Shown one piece after another: positions 38,189-48,129 of a stretch of 64,000 nucleotides of DNA; the first letter of the stretch is position 1; every line of letters begins with the position of its first letter. Under the pieces are notes generated by a model that saw only the letters and a program-made list of their open reading frames with translations, made no database searches and was not told the DNA's origin. The stretch lies in IMG/VR virus record IMGVR_UViG_2925282926_000001, positions 59,086 to 123,085 of that record; one strand, given 5' to 3'. Source of the stretch: a virus. Taxonomy: Duplodnaviria; Caudoviricetes. A program made the position numbers and the translations under genes.

Positions 38189-40285
38189 TTAGACAGCGCA
38201 AGATGTGCACTCGGCTACGGATAGCAGTTTATTACGCGTATAATACAACGACTTAAGGCCGAGTTTGTGAGCGGTCAGATAATACCGGACGAGCTCGTTA
38301 GTTGGCGTTTTTGAGTCTACGTAAAGGATCGTCGATATCCCCTGGTCAACGTGGCGCTGGATTGTCGCAACCATTTCGAGAATCTTACGCTGATCCATAT
38401 TGAACGCGCTAGTATACGAAATCATGTTATCGCGCGCCAGGAACGGAGCCGGATAATACGTCGTTGAGTTACCGTATGTCCGCGTCTCCATTACGTCAGA
38501 AATCGGCAATACGGAGCTCGTTGCGTTTTGCACATACGAGATACTTTGCGTTGGTGCGATCGCAAGTCTATACGCGTGCCACAAACCGTGTTGTTCAACT
38601 TCCGCCGCCAAGCGTTCCCACAAGTCCGGACCCGGCAATTCAATGCCTGCAGCCGCGAACATATCCGCTACTTTTTCGAATTTCGGACGGAAGTCATTTT
38701 CGATATACTGCGTGAAGTACTTACCACTCGCGTAATCAGAACGATCGAATCCGTAGAACGTACCGCCGCGCTCCTTAGCGATCTGCATCGAGCGCTCAAT
38801 CGAGTAGTAGTTAATTGCGGCGAAGAATGCGTCGGCAAAGTCACGGCCGATTTCGGATTGATACGATATGCGGTTCTTCATCAGGAAGCCGTGAAGGTTC
38901 ATTGCGCCGAGCCCTACGCTGTGCATCAAGTCGTTAGCCTTACGTACGCCTGGCGCATTGGCAATTGCAGTCATATCGGAGACGGCGGTTAACGAGTCCA
39001 TCGCGGAATGAACAGCGCGGCGAAGGTTTCCGGAGGCCATTGCGGTAACGATATTTAATGACGCGAGATTGCACGAGATATCAAGGCCGATTTCGTCAGG
39101 CTGTCCATAGTCGTTGATAGTATTAGTTTCCATTAGCTGGAAAATTTCCGTGCAGAGGTTTGACATCTTCACCTGACCGATGCCTTTCAGCGCATGACCT
39201 TCGTTCGCATTGTCTTTGAACATGAGGTACGGGTATCCGGATTCTAGCTGCGTCGTCGCAATCTTCGTCAACATATCACGCGCATTTAGCTCACGTTTCT
39301 TAACGGAAGGATTCGCAACCAGCTCGTCATACATCGCGCTGATATCCATATCGTCCAGATGCGATCCATACGCTTTGAATACGGTGTACGGTGCGAATAC
39401 GTAATACGGCTCGTTTGTCTCCGCCAGTTCAATAAACTTGGACGGTACGATTAGTCCGATCGACAACGTTTTAAGGCGGGACCGTTCATCCGCGTTAATC
39501 TTCTTCGCATCAAGCAGCTCCATTACGTCCCATCCGAAGATGTTGTAATAGACGGCGCCGCTACCTTTCCGTTGTCCCATTTGATCCGCGTATGAGAACG
39601 CCATTTCGAGCTGTTTAGCGACCGGGAGAATCCCTTTCGCTACGCCTTCCTCTTCTTTAATCGCCTCGCCACGTCCGCGCAGCTTCGATAGGTTAAGCGC
39701 AACGCCGCCGCCAATCTTCGAAAGTTGCATCGCAGTAGTATGCGCGTGTCCGATCGCGTTAAGGCTGTCGTCTACTTCCGTAAGGAAACACGATACCATT
39801 TCGCCGCGTCTCGCTTTACCTGCGTTAAGGAACGTAGGCGTGGCCGGCTGAACTCCGTTTAAGTAGCCCCACAGTAACTCCCGCGCCATCTCGTAATTGC
39901 CTTGCGCCAGGTATAACGCGGTGATTGCGTAACGTTCCTCCGGCGATTCCAGGTACGTTTTCTTATCGCGAGTCTTGAGCGCATAATCCGTATAGTATTT
40001 GAACGCGGCCATGTACGAAGCGAAGCGCAGGTTAGCATCGTCGGCCATGCGGTGAATCTCCGTGATCTGCGCCGGAGTGTATTGCGTCAACACTTCCGGA
40101 TAGTAATATCCGTTGTCAATCATGTATTGAACGCGATCCATTGCGGAGTCAAACCGCATCTTATTATCGCGGATAAAGCGCATGAACTCCTCGACGGCCT
40201 CCGTATCCTTTTCGAGCTGGTAGAATCCGTCCTTCATTACGGTAACTTCGTTATTGAGTTCGATATATTTATACGTTTGTGACAA
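38189..40285 (-). CDS. nrdE: Class Ib ribonucleotide reductase alpha subunit
   Basis: PATPTFLN, VSCF, MSNLCTEI, CNL, APTQSIS, C-terminal CTSC. Confidence 0.97.
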   Translation of the reverse strand: MSQTYKYIELNNEVTVMKDGFYQLEKDTEAVEEFMRFIRDNKMRFDSAMDRVQYMIDNGYYYPEVLTQYTPAQITEIHRMADDANLRFASYMAAFKYYTDYALKTRDKKTYLESPEERYAITALYLAQGNYEMARELLWGYLNGVQPATPTFLNAGKARRGEMVSCFLTEVDDSLNAIGHAHTTAMQLSKIGGGVALNLSKLRGRGEAIKEEEGVAKGILPVAKQLEMAFSYADQMGQRKGSGAVYYNIFGWDVMELLDAKKINADERSRLKTLSIGLIVPSKFIELAETNEPYYVFAPYTVFKAYGSHLDDMDISAMYDELVANPSVKKRELNARDMLTKIATTQLESGYPYLMFKDNANEGHALKGIGQVKMSNLCTEIFQLMETNTINDYGQPDEIGLDISCNLASLNIVTAMASGNLRRAVHSAMDSLTAVSDMTAIANAPGVRKANDLMHSVGLGAMNLHGFLMKNRISYQSEIGRDFADAFFAAINYYSIERSMQIAKERGGTFYGFDRSDYASGKYFTQYIENDFRPKFEKVADMFAAAGIELPGPDLWERLAAEVEQHGLWHAYRLAIAPTQSISYVQNATSSVLPISDVMETRTYGNSTTYYPAPFLARDNMISYTSAFNMDQRKILEMVATIQRHVDQGISTILYVDSKTPTNELVRYYLTAHKLGLKSLYYTRNKLLSVAECTSCAV

Positions 40286-40631
40286 GCGCGCTCACTCCTT
40301 CGGTGAATTTTTGTATGTCGGTAGGCGTGCCCGCCAGTTCGAATTTGCAAACGATCGGCACTCCGTATTGATTCGATATTTGATCCGCGGCGAGTGCGTA
40401 AGCCGGTCCGAAATTACGGTTGCCGGACGCAGCCACACCGCGTAAGTATTCGTTGTTATGTGTGAGGAAAGCGCGAGTCTTGGCCGGTACTTCACCGATC
40501 TTATCCGTATATGTTACGAGGATATACGGTTCGTCTACGCGCAACTCTGTCGTAAGCTTTAGCGTAGGATACGGGAGACGCCGCGCAAATAGGCCGACAT
40601 TTCCCGTACGTGATGCGTAAACGATTAGCAT
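40269..40631 (-). CDS. nrdI: NrdI flavodoxin
   Basis: YASRTGNV, ASGNRNFG, KFELAG. Confidence 0.95.
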   Translation of the reverse strand: MLIVYASRTGNVGLFARRLPYPTLKLTTELRVDEPYILVTYTDKIGEVPAKTRAFLTHNNEYLRGVAASGNRNFGPAYALAADQISNQYGVPIVCKFELAGTPTDIQKFTEGVSALVTNV

Positions 40632-40779
40632 TATCAGCGCTCGCTCCCTTCGTATATCGCACGTGCTTCGGCAAGTTTCCGTTCGTACTCCTCCGCAAGC
40701 CCTCGGTAGATCGCGACGGACCGTTCGAGAGCTGCGATTTCCAGGCGTTGGTGGGTGGTGAGGCGTGCGGCTAACTCGT

Positions 40780-40989
40780 TCATTTTCGGTCAGTCGCGAG
40801 GGCGATTAACGTTATGATCGCGATAATCACGAGAAGGAGCGCAATTCCGCCCCAGAAGGGCAACGTTACCCACCACCAGGACCACGTGATAACTCCCGTC
40901 AGTTTCAACGCTACGAATAATACGCCGAGCAGTCCGAATATTCCGATCCCACCGTTGTTATTAGCGCGTACATTGTCCTGTTTACTCAT
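40780..40989 (-). CDS. Small membrane protein
   Basis: GGIG..GLL...FVALKLTGVITWSWWWV..P.W motif common in phages. Confidence 0.75.
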   Translation of the reverse strand: MSKQDNVRANNNGGIGIFGLLGVLFVALKLTGVITWSWWWVTLPFWGGIALLLVIIAIITLIALATDRK

Positions 40990-41528
40990 GCCGCATCAGC
41001 CTCCGTATCAATTAGACTTTCGCGTATCAAGTACGCCAGAATTACCGCACATGCGTCGCTGTCATCGTAGCCGGCCGCGAACTTGTAGTCGGAGGGAAGG
41101 CGCAGATACTTCCGCACGCCCTCCGCGACATCCTTCTTCTCCGCCTTACCGTTGCCTGCTACGAGCTTCTTAACGGTGGTCGGCGCAAGGACCGGCTTGA
41201 CTTCGTTCACCACGTAGCCAAACGAATGGAGTGCGCGATCAGCCGCCGCCCATGCGTTAAATATCGTTTGAGTAGCGCGCTTATTTCGACCCGCCGTAAA
41301 GTCCTCGCGTAGTATAACGTCGAACGGTAGGTGGGCGTATACTTGGTGCGCGATGAACGATTCGACGACGACTGAGCGCGTTGCGTCGTTGATTTCCGTA
41401 TCAGTTGCGACTGAGCCTGCGTATACGAGCGTTGGGACGCGCTCCTTAACGTCGATTACCGCGAGGCCGGGTGACAGCGATAGGTCGAGTCCGAGGTAGC
41501 GTTTAGTCTGCGGTTTTGGCTTCGCTAT
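40986..41528 (-). CDS. RuvC-like Holliday junction resolvase; probable ATA start
   Basis: LGLDLS, ILRE, PTTVKK...GNGKAEK, DDSDA; the track's GTG lies inside the SD GGAGGTG. Confidence 0.85.
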   Translation of the reverse strand: MAKPKPQTKRYLGLDLSLSPGLAVIDVKERVPTLVYAGSVATDTEINDATRSVVVESFIAHQVYAHLPFDVILREDFTAGRNKRATQTIFNAWAAADRALHSFGYVVNEVKPVLAPTTVKKLVAGNGKAEKKDVAEGVRKYLRLPSDYKFAAGYDDSDACAVILAYLIRESLIDTEADAA

Positions 41529-41715
41529 CTCCGTCACCTCCTGACGTGTACCCTTGAATAAAGAGCGCCGCGAGTATGACTACGAGACCTATCCGAAACA
41601 ATGGCGAGTTACCTACGTTCATAATCGATCCGATAGCTATTGTAAGACCGAAACAAGCGGCCGCAACGAGTCCTACATAGATTGTCGCGTTAATAATTCG
41701 CTTAAATGTCTTCAT
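41503..41715 (-). CDS. Small membrane protein
   Basis: AAGGAGG-ATG at 41715; two TM segments. Confidence 0.6.
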   Translation of the reverse strand: MKTFKRIINATIYVGLVAAACFGLTIAIGSIMNVGNSPLFRIGLVVILAALFIQGYTSGGDGDSEAKTAD

Positions 41716-41716
41716 T

Positions 41717-42763
41717 CTACGCAGCCTCCTTCGTTTGGCTCTCCGCTTCTTCTGCCCTAATCCGCTCAATATCCGCAAGCGCCTCCGCTGGTCCGCGCTT
41801 CTTCCAATCCGGTAGATTCGATTTCATAATCGCGGCTACTTTCCGGCGCAACACTTCGACCTCATCTTCCGAAAGTGATAACGATACCGCCCGCTTGAAG
41901 TCGAGGAATAACCATTTATCGAGATCCAACGCAGGCGGCTCGCCTTTATTCGCAGCGTCAACGATTCCGGCGAAGTGGTCCAGCATTTCACCGCGCATCT
42001 CATCCGTAATGTGCAAGCCAAACGCCGCAATGTCCGGATACTTTTCGATATCTGCGTCAGGCATTGCCCACGCCTTCTTACTCGCGTTAACGTAGAGGAT
42101 TACGTAATAATCAACGTCATACATGATCGAGTAGCAGACGCACTGTTTAACGTGATCCTCTTTCGCCCCGTTCCGCGTTGAGTATCCGGATGTCGCGGAG
42201 TACGTGCCTTGCTTCGATTTGATTTCGAGGCCAACGCGGAGGACTTCGCCGTCTTCGGAGACGTAGCGCATGACTCCGTCACCGGTACCGTAAAGCGCGA
42301 ATGTCTTTCCGTTATGTGTGACGACGTGTCCGCGCTTGGCGAAGTCCTCGAATACCGGCTCGCCTCGTTCGTTACGGTCGAATACGAAGCGAGGCGGTCT
42401 TCCGTATGCCTTCTCGAAGTGTTTCTCCGCGAACAGAATATCACGCTGGATTACGTCCCCAATGGCCGTTCCTATCCGTACCCAACGTCCTTGATGCGCG
42501 GGCCGATCGGATGACTCACGTTTGGCGCCGCGCATCTTTTCGTAAAGACCGCGTGCGTCGGAGTTGGCGGAGCTTGGTGAGAAGTACGGGATGCCTCGTG
42601 GCGGCCATACTTTGCGCGACTTGTCCGTGAGGATATCGGAATACCAGCGATGAATCTGCGCGTCGAGAGCGTCGTCGTACACTTCTGGCGCGGAATGCCA
42701 CTCGTTCAGGAATACCGTAAATTGCTCCGCGATTCTATTTGCGATCAGTTGGTTATCCGTAAT
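41717..42763 (-). CDS. PD-(D/E)XK (Cas4/RecB-like) exonuclease; probable ATT start
   Basis: FSPSS, GTAIGD, GTGDG, LEIKS, HVKQ..CY; frame open to ATT at 42763 after GAGGAGG. Confidence 0.8.
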   Translation of the reverse strand: MTDNQLIANRIAEQFTVFLNEWHSAPEVYDDALDAQIHRWYSDILTDKSRKVWPPRGIPYFSPSSANSDARGLYEKMRGAKRESSDRPAHQGRWVRIGTAIGDVIQRDILFAEKHFEKAYGRPPRFVFDRNERGEPVFEDFAKRGHVVTHNGKTFALYGTGDGVMRYVSEDGEVLRVGLEIKSKQGTYSATSGYSTRNGAKEDHVKQCVCYSIMYDVDYYVILYVNASKKAWAMPDADIEKYPDIAAFGLHITDEMRGEMLDHFAGIVDAANKGEPPALDLDKWLFLDFKRAVSLSLSEDEVEVLRRKVAAIMKSNLPDWKKRGPAEALADIERIRAEEAESQTKEAA

Positions 42764-43027
42764 TTAAACCGCCTCCTCTTCGTTTTTGACAAGTTCGTAT
42801 TCTAGCGTTTCGCCGCGCTTACCAGCTTCATAAGCTAGACGAATTGCGTGTGAGATGCTGTAGGCTCCGTTAAGATCGCGGTAGAACACAGCGTCCTCCG
42901 GCTCACCTGCGCGGATTTCCAAGCTGACGGAGCCGCCGCGGTCATCTTCTGCTTTAATCGTAATCGCGCCTTTACCGTGATACTCGTACCCGTTCTCGTC
43001 AACTTCGCGCCATTCCGTAAGCTTCAT
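42764..43027 (-). CDS. Hypothetical protein
   Basis: GEPEDA...RDL; SD. Confidence 0.65.
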   Translation of the reverse strand: MKLTEWREVDENGYEYHGKGAITIKAEDDRGGSVSLEIRAGEPEDAVFYRDLNGAYSISHAIRLAYEAGKRGETLEYELVKNEEEAV

Positions 43028-43651
43028 CTACGCAACCTCCTTCGTTTGTTTCCGCGCAATCGTCCGCACAATCGCGCCAGGCGGCGAGTACGTTAACGGC
43101 CGCTCCGGACTGTCTACGACGACATTGCGGTAGGTGATTCCGTTAACTTCCGCCTTTTCACGGAGAACGGCATATAGCTGCAACGTAGCCTCCACGTCGT
43201 TCATAGCGCGGTGATGTCCGTTTAGCACGATTCCGTACCGCTCACATGTCGGCGCTAGGCTGGCGTTCTCGTCCGGATCAATTAGGCGAGACATGGCGCG
43301 AGTGCAACGGAAGTCGCCGCTTTTGAATATCCGCGCAATAAAGCTCAGGTCGAACGGAGCGTTCTGCGCAACCCAAGCGGTACCTCTAGCGAAGTACCAA
43401 AACGCAGTCAGCGCTCGTTCAAGCGTGGGAGCACCGCGCAAATCCTCCGTCTTAATTCCGGTCAACTCGGTAATCTCAGGCGGAACCTCAACACCGTCCG
43501 GCAGCGCAACGTACGTCTGGAACCGCCCAATCTCGCGGATATAACCGCCCGGCCCAACTTCCGCACGGATGGCGGCGATTTCCGAGATGTGATTGGTGAG
43601 CGGATTGAGTCCGGTTGTTTCGATGTCGAGTACGGTTATGATTTCGTTCAT
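43028..43651 (-). CDS. DnaQ-like DEDDh 3'-5' exonuclease
   Basis: DIETTG, ITELTGI, AQNAPFD, HHRAMND. Confidence 0.92.
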   Translation of the reverse strand: MNEIITVLDIETTGLNPLTNHISEIAAIRAEVGPGGYIREIGRFQTYVALPDGVEVPPEITELTGIKTEDLRGAPTLERALTAFWYFARGTAWVAQNAPFDLSFIARIFKSGDFRCTRAMSRLIDPDENASLAPTCERYGIVLNGHHRAMNDVEATLQLYAVLREKAEVNGITYRNVVVDSPERPLTYSPPGAIVRTIARKQTKEVA

Positions 43652-43999
43652 TTACGCGCTCCTTCCGTAGACATATTCGGTTCTAACGACTTCCTGTGGT
43701 ACAACTTCGCGAATGATGGTGCTGAGGTCCATACCGTCCTGCATCTCAGTTGCGGGAACATCTCGCCCGATTTGGAAATACGCAACCTTCCCGTCCTCCT
43801 GTGTAACTTGATATACGTCCGTCTGATAATTCGACCAACGTCCGCCATCCTCAAACGTTGATTCTACGTTTTCAACTGCGTAACCATCAGGTTGTGGCGT
43901 GTCAAGAAGGGAGTCTACTTCCTCGTGCGTCTCATCCCACACTTCACCTTCGTAACCGTCTCCGATCAATTCGCGCAGCTTCTCAATAACGTTCTCCAT
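43652..43999 (-). CDS. Acidic hypothetical protein
   Basis: GRWS...PATEMQ; SD. Confidence 0.65.
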   Translation of the reverse strand: MENVIEKLRELIGDGYEGEVWDETHEEVDSLLDTPQPDGYAVENVESTFEDGGRWSNYQTDVYQVTQEDGKVAYFQIGRDVPATEMQDGMDLSTIIREVVPQEVVRTEYVYGRSA

Positions 44000-46840
44000 T
44001 TACGCAGCCTCCTTCAATTTTGGACGTCCATTTTCGAAATCCCAGTCGCTCGGGCGGACCTCGTTCATCCATCGGGTTTCGATTACCGTGTCACAGTCAA
44101 GCGGACAGGCAAACGTAGCTGTGTTCGTCATGATGTCGGTATATAACGTGACTGTCTCTTCCGTAATCTGATCGGTCGGAGCCGCGTGTTTCTGCTCATC
44201 GTGGAGAGTTAGCGTAAACTCCCAGCCACGCGCCACGGTCAATTCGTAATAGCTGCGAATCATACATAGCTTGAGTACATTCGCGCCGCTACCTTGGATA
44301 CGGTGATTAAACGCAGCCCTTTCGTCACGTCCCGTTAGGCGGATGAGTTGCCAAAACTCCGCGCTTCCCTCTTTACCTAGCTTGCGCGATTTAACTCCGA
44401 GTTGAGGATCGTTCTTGTCTACGATACCTACGCGCTTCATCAACACGCAGAGACGCTGCCAGTTCTTCCGGTATTCCGGAAACCTCCGTTTTTGCCCCCA
44501 CAATGTCGCCGTCCATCCGTACTTACGTAGATGTTCGAATGACGCGTTAACCATCGTACTGAATCCCGGAAGAATCTCGTCGAACTTCGCGTATGCACGT
44601 TTACCTTGTTCCGTTGTGATACCACGTTTAATCGCCGTCTTAACGAACTGATCCTCAGCTTGACCGTATCCTTTCGCAAGGAACATATCTTTCGTCAGTT
44701 TACGATAAGGAACCGTAGTCAATCCGTTCTTATACGCCTTCTCGAAGCAAAGATCGCGGTCTACTTCGAACATGATTGACGCGAACTCTACGTAAGGATC
44801 GAGTCCTTTTCTGTACATATCCGCGAATATATCGTCACTGTGTTCAACAGCCATGATATGCGCTTGAAGGCGTGGCTCGATCGAAGATAAGTCGCTACCG
44901 AGAAACGTATGTCCTGGCGGCGGTTTAAACGTCATCCGGACACGTTCGCCTTCCTTCGTACGTGCTGGTATATTTTGTAAGTTGGTTCCCTTTGCTACGG
45001 ATTTCTCCGCGCATTCAACGAGCTTCCGCATTGTACCGAGATAGTTCTCGTCGGTTACCGGACCTGATCGGATGTCGTTTGGCTTACCGCTGTATCCCTT
45101 CGAGGAGTATCGTCCGGTCGAAACCATATCGAGCTGCGTATGCAAGCGTCCGTCTACGTCGAGAGCTTTCGGTATTTTGTCTACGTATGTGTTCAGTAGC
45201 TTTTCGTACGCGGACACGTTTGCCAGCGGCTTGAGCGCTTCCTCCTCTTCGTAGTACCGTTCGAGAACGTCCTTTGATACCGCGCGTTCTTTCTTCTTGT
45301 CCTTGACGATCTGCTTCGTACGGTCCTCAATTCCGAGGTGATCGTAGATCAGATATCGCAAGTGGTTATCGTTGGTGAACGAGAACTCCGTTATGTTTAA
45401 TGGCGCGTTCTCCTCGTCAGATGGCGCTAGGTCCTCCGCTTGTAGTTGCGCAAGCCTTTCGATCGCACTCGTATACTTCTTGAGCGACGTTTTGCCTGCC
45501 GCTTCACACTCCGCAATAATAGCGCGTTGTTTCGCCTGCGCCTCTTCGTTACGCGCAATCCTGCGACGCTGCTTATCAATCCAATCCGTTACCTTCGCGG
45601 AGTATAGTGCGCGGTCCATCTTTCGTAAGAACTCCGGATCGGTTACGCCATATGCTTCGATAACATCCGCCTGGGCTTGCGCTAGCTTCGGACGGAGTTC
45701 GTCTCCGAGCGCCTGCAGATCATCGAGGTCAATTACGAAGCCGGTACGCTCGATATTAACGTTGACTTCCGATAGATACTGCGTTATCTCGAAGAAGGAC
45801 ATCGCCAGGTTATCCGTTGCGACAATGTTATCGATCTGCCAGCGCGTCAACCACCAGCCTTTGAGTACGTCCCATATCGCGTATATTCCTACGACCTCGA
45901 CCGGATGAAGCATCGGGGACTCCTTCGCAAACAGATCTTCAAAGGTTGTATCCGGAGCCTCTACGCCAATAATCGATTTGTACTTCGTTATCAGCGGCTT
46001 CAATGCGTAAGTGTCTTCGTTATCATTTAGCGTTCTTTGTGCGGCCACTGAGTCATAACGGATACCTTGCGGCGTCAGCCCGTCGTTAAGCATCATCGCT
46101 AAGTCAAACTCCGCGTTATGGAACGATTTAATCTGCGAGGGCAGCGCCATAAACTTCGCGATTGCTCCTAGCGCTTTCGACCGCGTACATTGCTTCTCGC
46201 CGGTCAAGTGTCCGTAAGCTACGTAATATCCTTCGTTGAGTAGCGGAAGCCAAACGGAGTAACCGCCGGTCAGGTCGAGCATCTTGTCGAGTCCGGATGT
46301 CTCCGTATCCCAAACGGTTAGTGATTCCGCGTCAGGAATATCGATTCCGCGTTCAGCGAGCTTCCGTTTAATCAACGTATTGTTAAAGAGCACGAAGACT
46401 TTGCGGAACCACTCATCATCCTTCTGTAGCCGGACTTCTTCCCGTAATCTCGCGATCATCTTCGGCAACTCCGCGTCCTCCGTCACGATATGGAAATTCG
46501 CCGGCTTCGACCGCAGCGTCTCCGCAACTTTATCCGCACGCGCATCCGTTTGCCGTTGCCGTAACAATACGTCTGCTGCGCGAATAACGTCATCCTTCGA
46601 AATGGTGCCGCCCGCAGTACGCAGGGCCGGACGATTGCCTGTTTCGCCCGATCCGTACGCCTGCCGCAGCTCTTCAACCATTGCGCGCTGTTTATCCGTT
46701 AGTGACATTCGTAGTACGCGATCAATCGCTTCTGCATCCGTCTCCTGCGCAGCCTTCTTCCGTTTGGCGGCGTCGGCCACGCGTTCCACCGCTCCGTCAT
46801 CCGCAGGCGGCCGTAAGTTTAACGTTAATTTCGGTGGTAT
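44000..46840 (-). CDS. Family A DNA polymerase with 3'-5' exonuclease; probable ATA start
   Basis: WDTETSG, FHNAEFD, TGRYSS...NLQNIP, DLSSIEPR, IQGSGA, LHDE. Confidence 0.95.
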   Translation of the reverse strand: MPPKLTLNLRPPADDGAVERVADAAKRKKAAQETDAEAIDRVLRMSLTDKQRAMVEELRQAYGSGETGNRPALRTAGGTISKDDVIRAADVLLRQRQTDARADKVAETLRSKPANFHIVTEDAELPKMIARLREEVRLQKDDEWFRKVFVLFNNTLIKRKLAERGIDIPDAESLTVWDTETSGLDKMLDLTGGYSVWLPLLNEGYYVAYGHLTGEKQCTRSKALGAIAKFMALPSQIKSFHNAEFDLAMMLNDGLTPQGIRYDSVAAQRTLNDNEDTYALKPLITKYKSIIGVEAPDTTFEDLFAKESPMLHPVEVVGIYAIWDVLKGWWLTRWQIDNIVATDNLAMSFFEITQYLSEVNVNIERTGFVIDLDDLQALGDELRPKLAQAQADVIEAYGVTDPEFLRKMDRALYSAKVTDWIDKQRRRIARNEEAQAKQRAIIAECEAAGKTSLKKYTSAIERLAQLQAEDLAPSDEENAPLNITEFSFTNDNHLRYLIYDHLGIEDRTKQIVKDKKKERAVSKDVLERYYEEEEALKPLANVSAYEKLLNTYVDKIPKALDVDGRLHTQLDMVSTGRYSSKGYSGKPNDIRSGPVTDENYLGTMRKLVECAEKSVAKGTNLQNIPARTKEGERVRMTFKPPPGHTFLGSDLSSIEPRLQAHIMAVEHSDDIFADMYRKGLDPYVEFASIMFEVDRDLCFEKAYKNGLTTVPYRKLTKDMFLAKGYGQAEDQFVKTAIKRGITTEQGKRAYAKFDEILPGFSTMVNASFEHLRKYGWTATLWGQKRRFPEYRKNWQRLCVLMKRVGIVDKNDPQLGVKSRKLGKEGSAEFWQLIRLTGRDERAAFNHRIQGSGANVLKLCMIRSYYELTVARGWEFTLTLHDEQKHAAPTDQITEETVTLYTDIMTNTATFACPLDCDTVIETRWMNEVRPSDWDFENGRPKLKEAA

Positions 46841-46881
46841 AGCGCTCACTCCTTTCGCTCAATTTGCGTAAAGACTTGCGG

Positions 46882-48063
46882 TTATGCAGCGTCCACCTCC
46901 TCCGTAACATCGTCGACAGGTCGATCGAAGCGTTGCTCAACCGGGGATACTAGCGCGATTATCCCGAATGTCTCGGAGCATGTTCCGAAGCTACTGTAGT
47001 ACTTAACGCTCACTCTACCTCCGTTAGCATCCGCTTGAACTTCGCCAAGACCCGCTTTAGCCTTGCCTACGCACAGTACGATATCACCGCGCTTATACTC
47101 GTTCACCTTACGGCCGATCGCCGCCCATCTCGACTCTTCCGCTTGCTTGCGTTCGATCTCCGCGACTTCCTCTGCGGAGAGTTTAACGAGTTTGGCTGCG
47201 TCGATGCATCCGAGGCGACTAGTTGCCACGTTGGTTACGTAGAAATCATGCTGAGCTGCGGTAGCGCTTATTTTCAGTACGTCACCTACGTTATGTTCGC
47301 AGTACTCGACCGCAACCTTTACGTAATCGCCGACCGCGAATTGACTGCGCGGATCTTTAGCGGCTACTGCCTTCGCTACTTCCTCGTCAGTTGCGCGGAC
47401 AATTTTATTAGCGGGTGCCCACGCTACGTAATTGTCAGACAAGCGTCTAACACGATATGGAACGGCGCTTTGGTCAATTTCCGTAATCTCTACGATATCT
47501 CCGGTAACCATACGGTTATTCCCGTCTCTTACGTAACGCGCATAATCTCCGACTTTCAGGCGCTCAGGTTCCGCCGGTTTCGCTGATACCGGTTTGAGTA
47601 CGACGTATTCGCGGCGCAATACAAGCGCCCGATCGCTCCCTGCGGCATTTACGCGTACATCTCCGTCACTGTCTACGGAATTCACAGCAAATTCGTCCCC
47701 ATCTACGTAGCGATCTTCTCCTATCACGCGGTTAGTTATTCGAATACGTTCGCCGACCACCGCTTTCCGTTTAACCTCGCGATATTCAACCGCCGCGCTA
47801 TCCGTTACCTTCTCGTAGACTTCTAAGTTTTCCGGGCGATTCCGGAGTATCGAATAACGGAAGTCGTTCACGTTGTCTTTAAATCCAAGGGTACCTCCGC
47901 TACTTTTGTACAGCGGACCGTAAAACGCATCTTGCGCAATATCCGTGTCTCTCTTTAGCGCCTTAACGATATCGCCCGCCTGCGCCTTCCGATCAACCTT
48001 GCGATAAGTCACGCCACCCACCGTTACTTCTACTGCCGGAATTACCACGTTAAGTTTCGCCAT
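46882..48063 (-). CDS. Modular SH3-like repeat protein (paralog 3)
   Basis: Five xxGD/E modules including YREVKRKAVVGERI...EYVVLKP. Confidence 0.7.
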   Translation of the reverse strand: MAKLNVVIPAVEVTVGGVTYRKVDRKAQAGDIVKALKRDTDIAQDAFYGPLYKSSGGTLGFKDNVNDFRYSILRNRPENLEVYEKVTDSAAVEYREVKRKAVVGERIRITNRVIGEDRYVDGDEFAVNSVDSDGDVRVNAAGSDRALVLRREYVVLKPVSAKPAEPERLKVGDYARYVRDGNNRMVTGDIVEITEIDQSAVPYRVRRLSDNYVAWAPANKIVRATDEEVAKAVAAKDPRSQFAVGDYVKVAVEYCEHNVGDVLKISATAAQHDFYVTNVATSRLGCIDAAKLVKLSAEEVAEIERKQAEESRWAAIGRKVNEYKRGDIVLCVGKAKAGLGEVQADANGGRVSVKYYSSFGTCSETFGIIALVSPVEQRFDRPVDDVTEEVDAA

Positions 48064-48129
48064 TAATGAGTTTCCCCTTTTCGTGGGCTGCCGTTTGGCC
48101 TCCGCCCGGTCTTGCGTTGAGCTAGCGTA

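Noticed and set aside
41717-42763. Cas4-like nuclease as evidence of CRISPR
   Set aside because: No repeat-spacer array or other cas genes seen; sits in the recombination module
37201-46840. Group I introns or inteins in nrdE, nrdF or polymerase
   Set aside because: ORFs are continuous, nrdE and nrdF are of normal length, and no intein termini were seen; the homing endonucleases are intergenic
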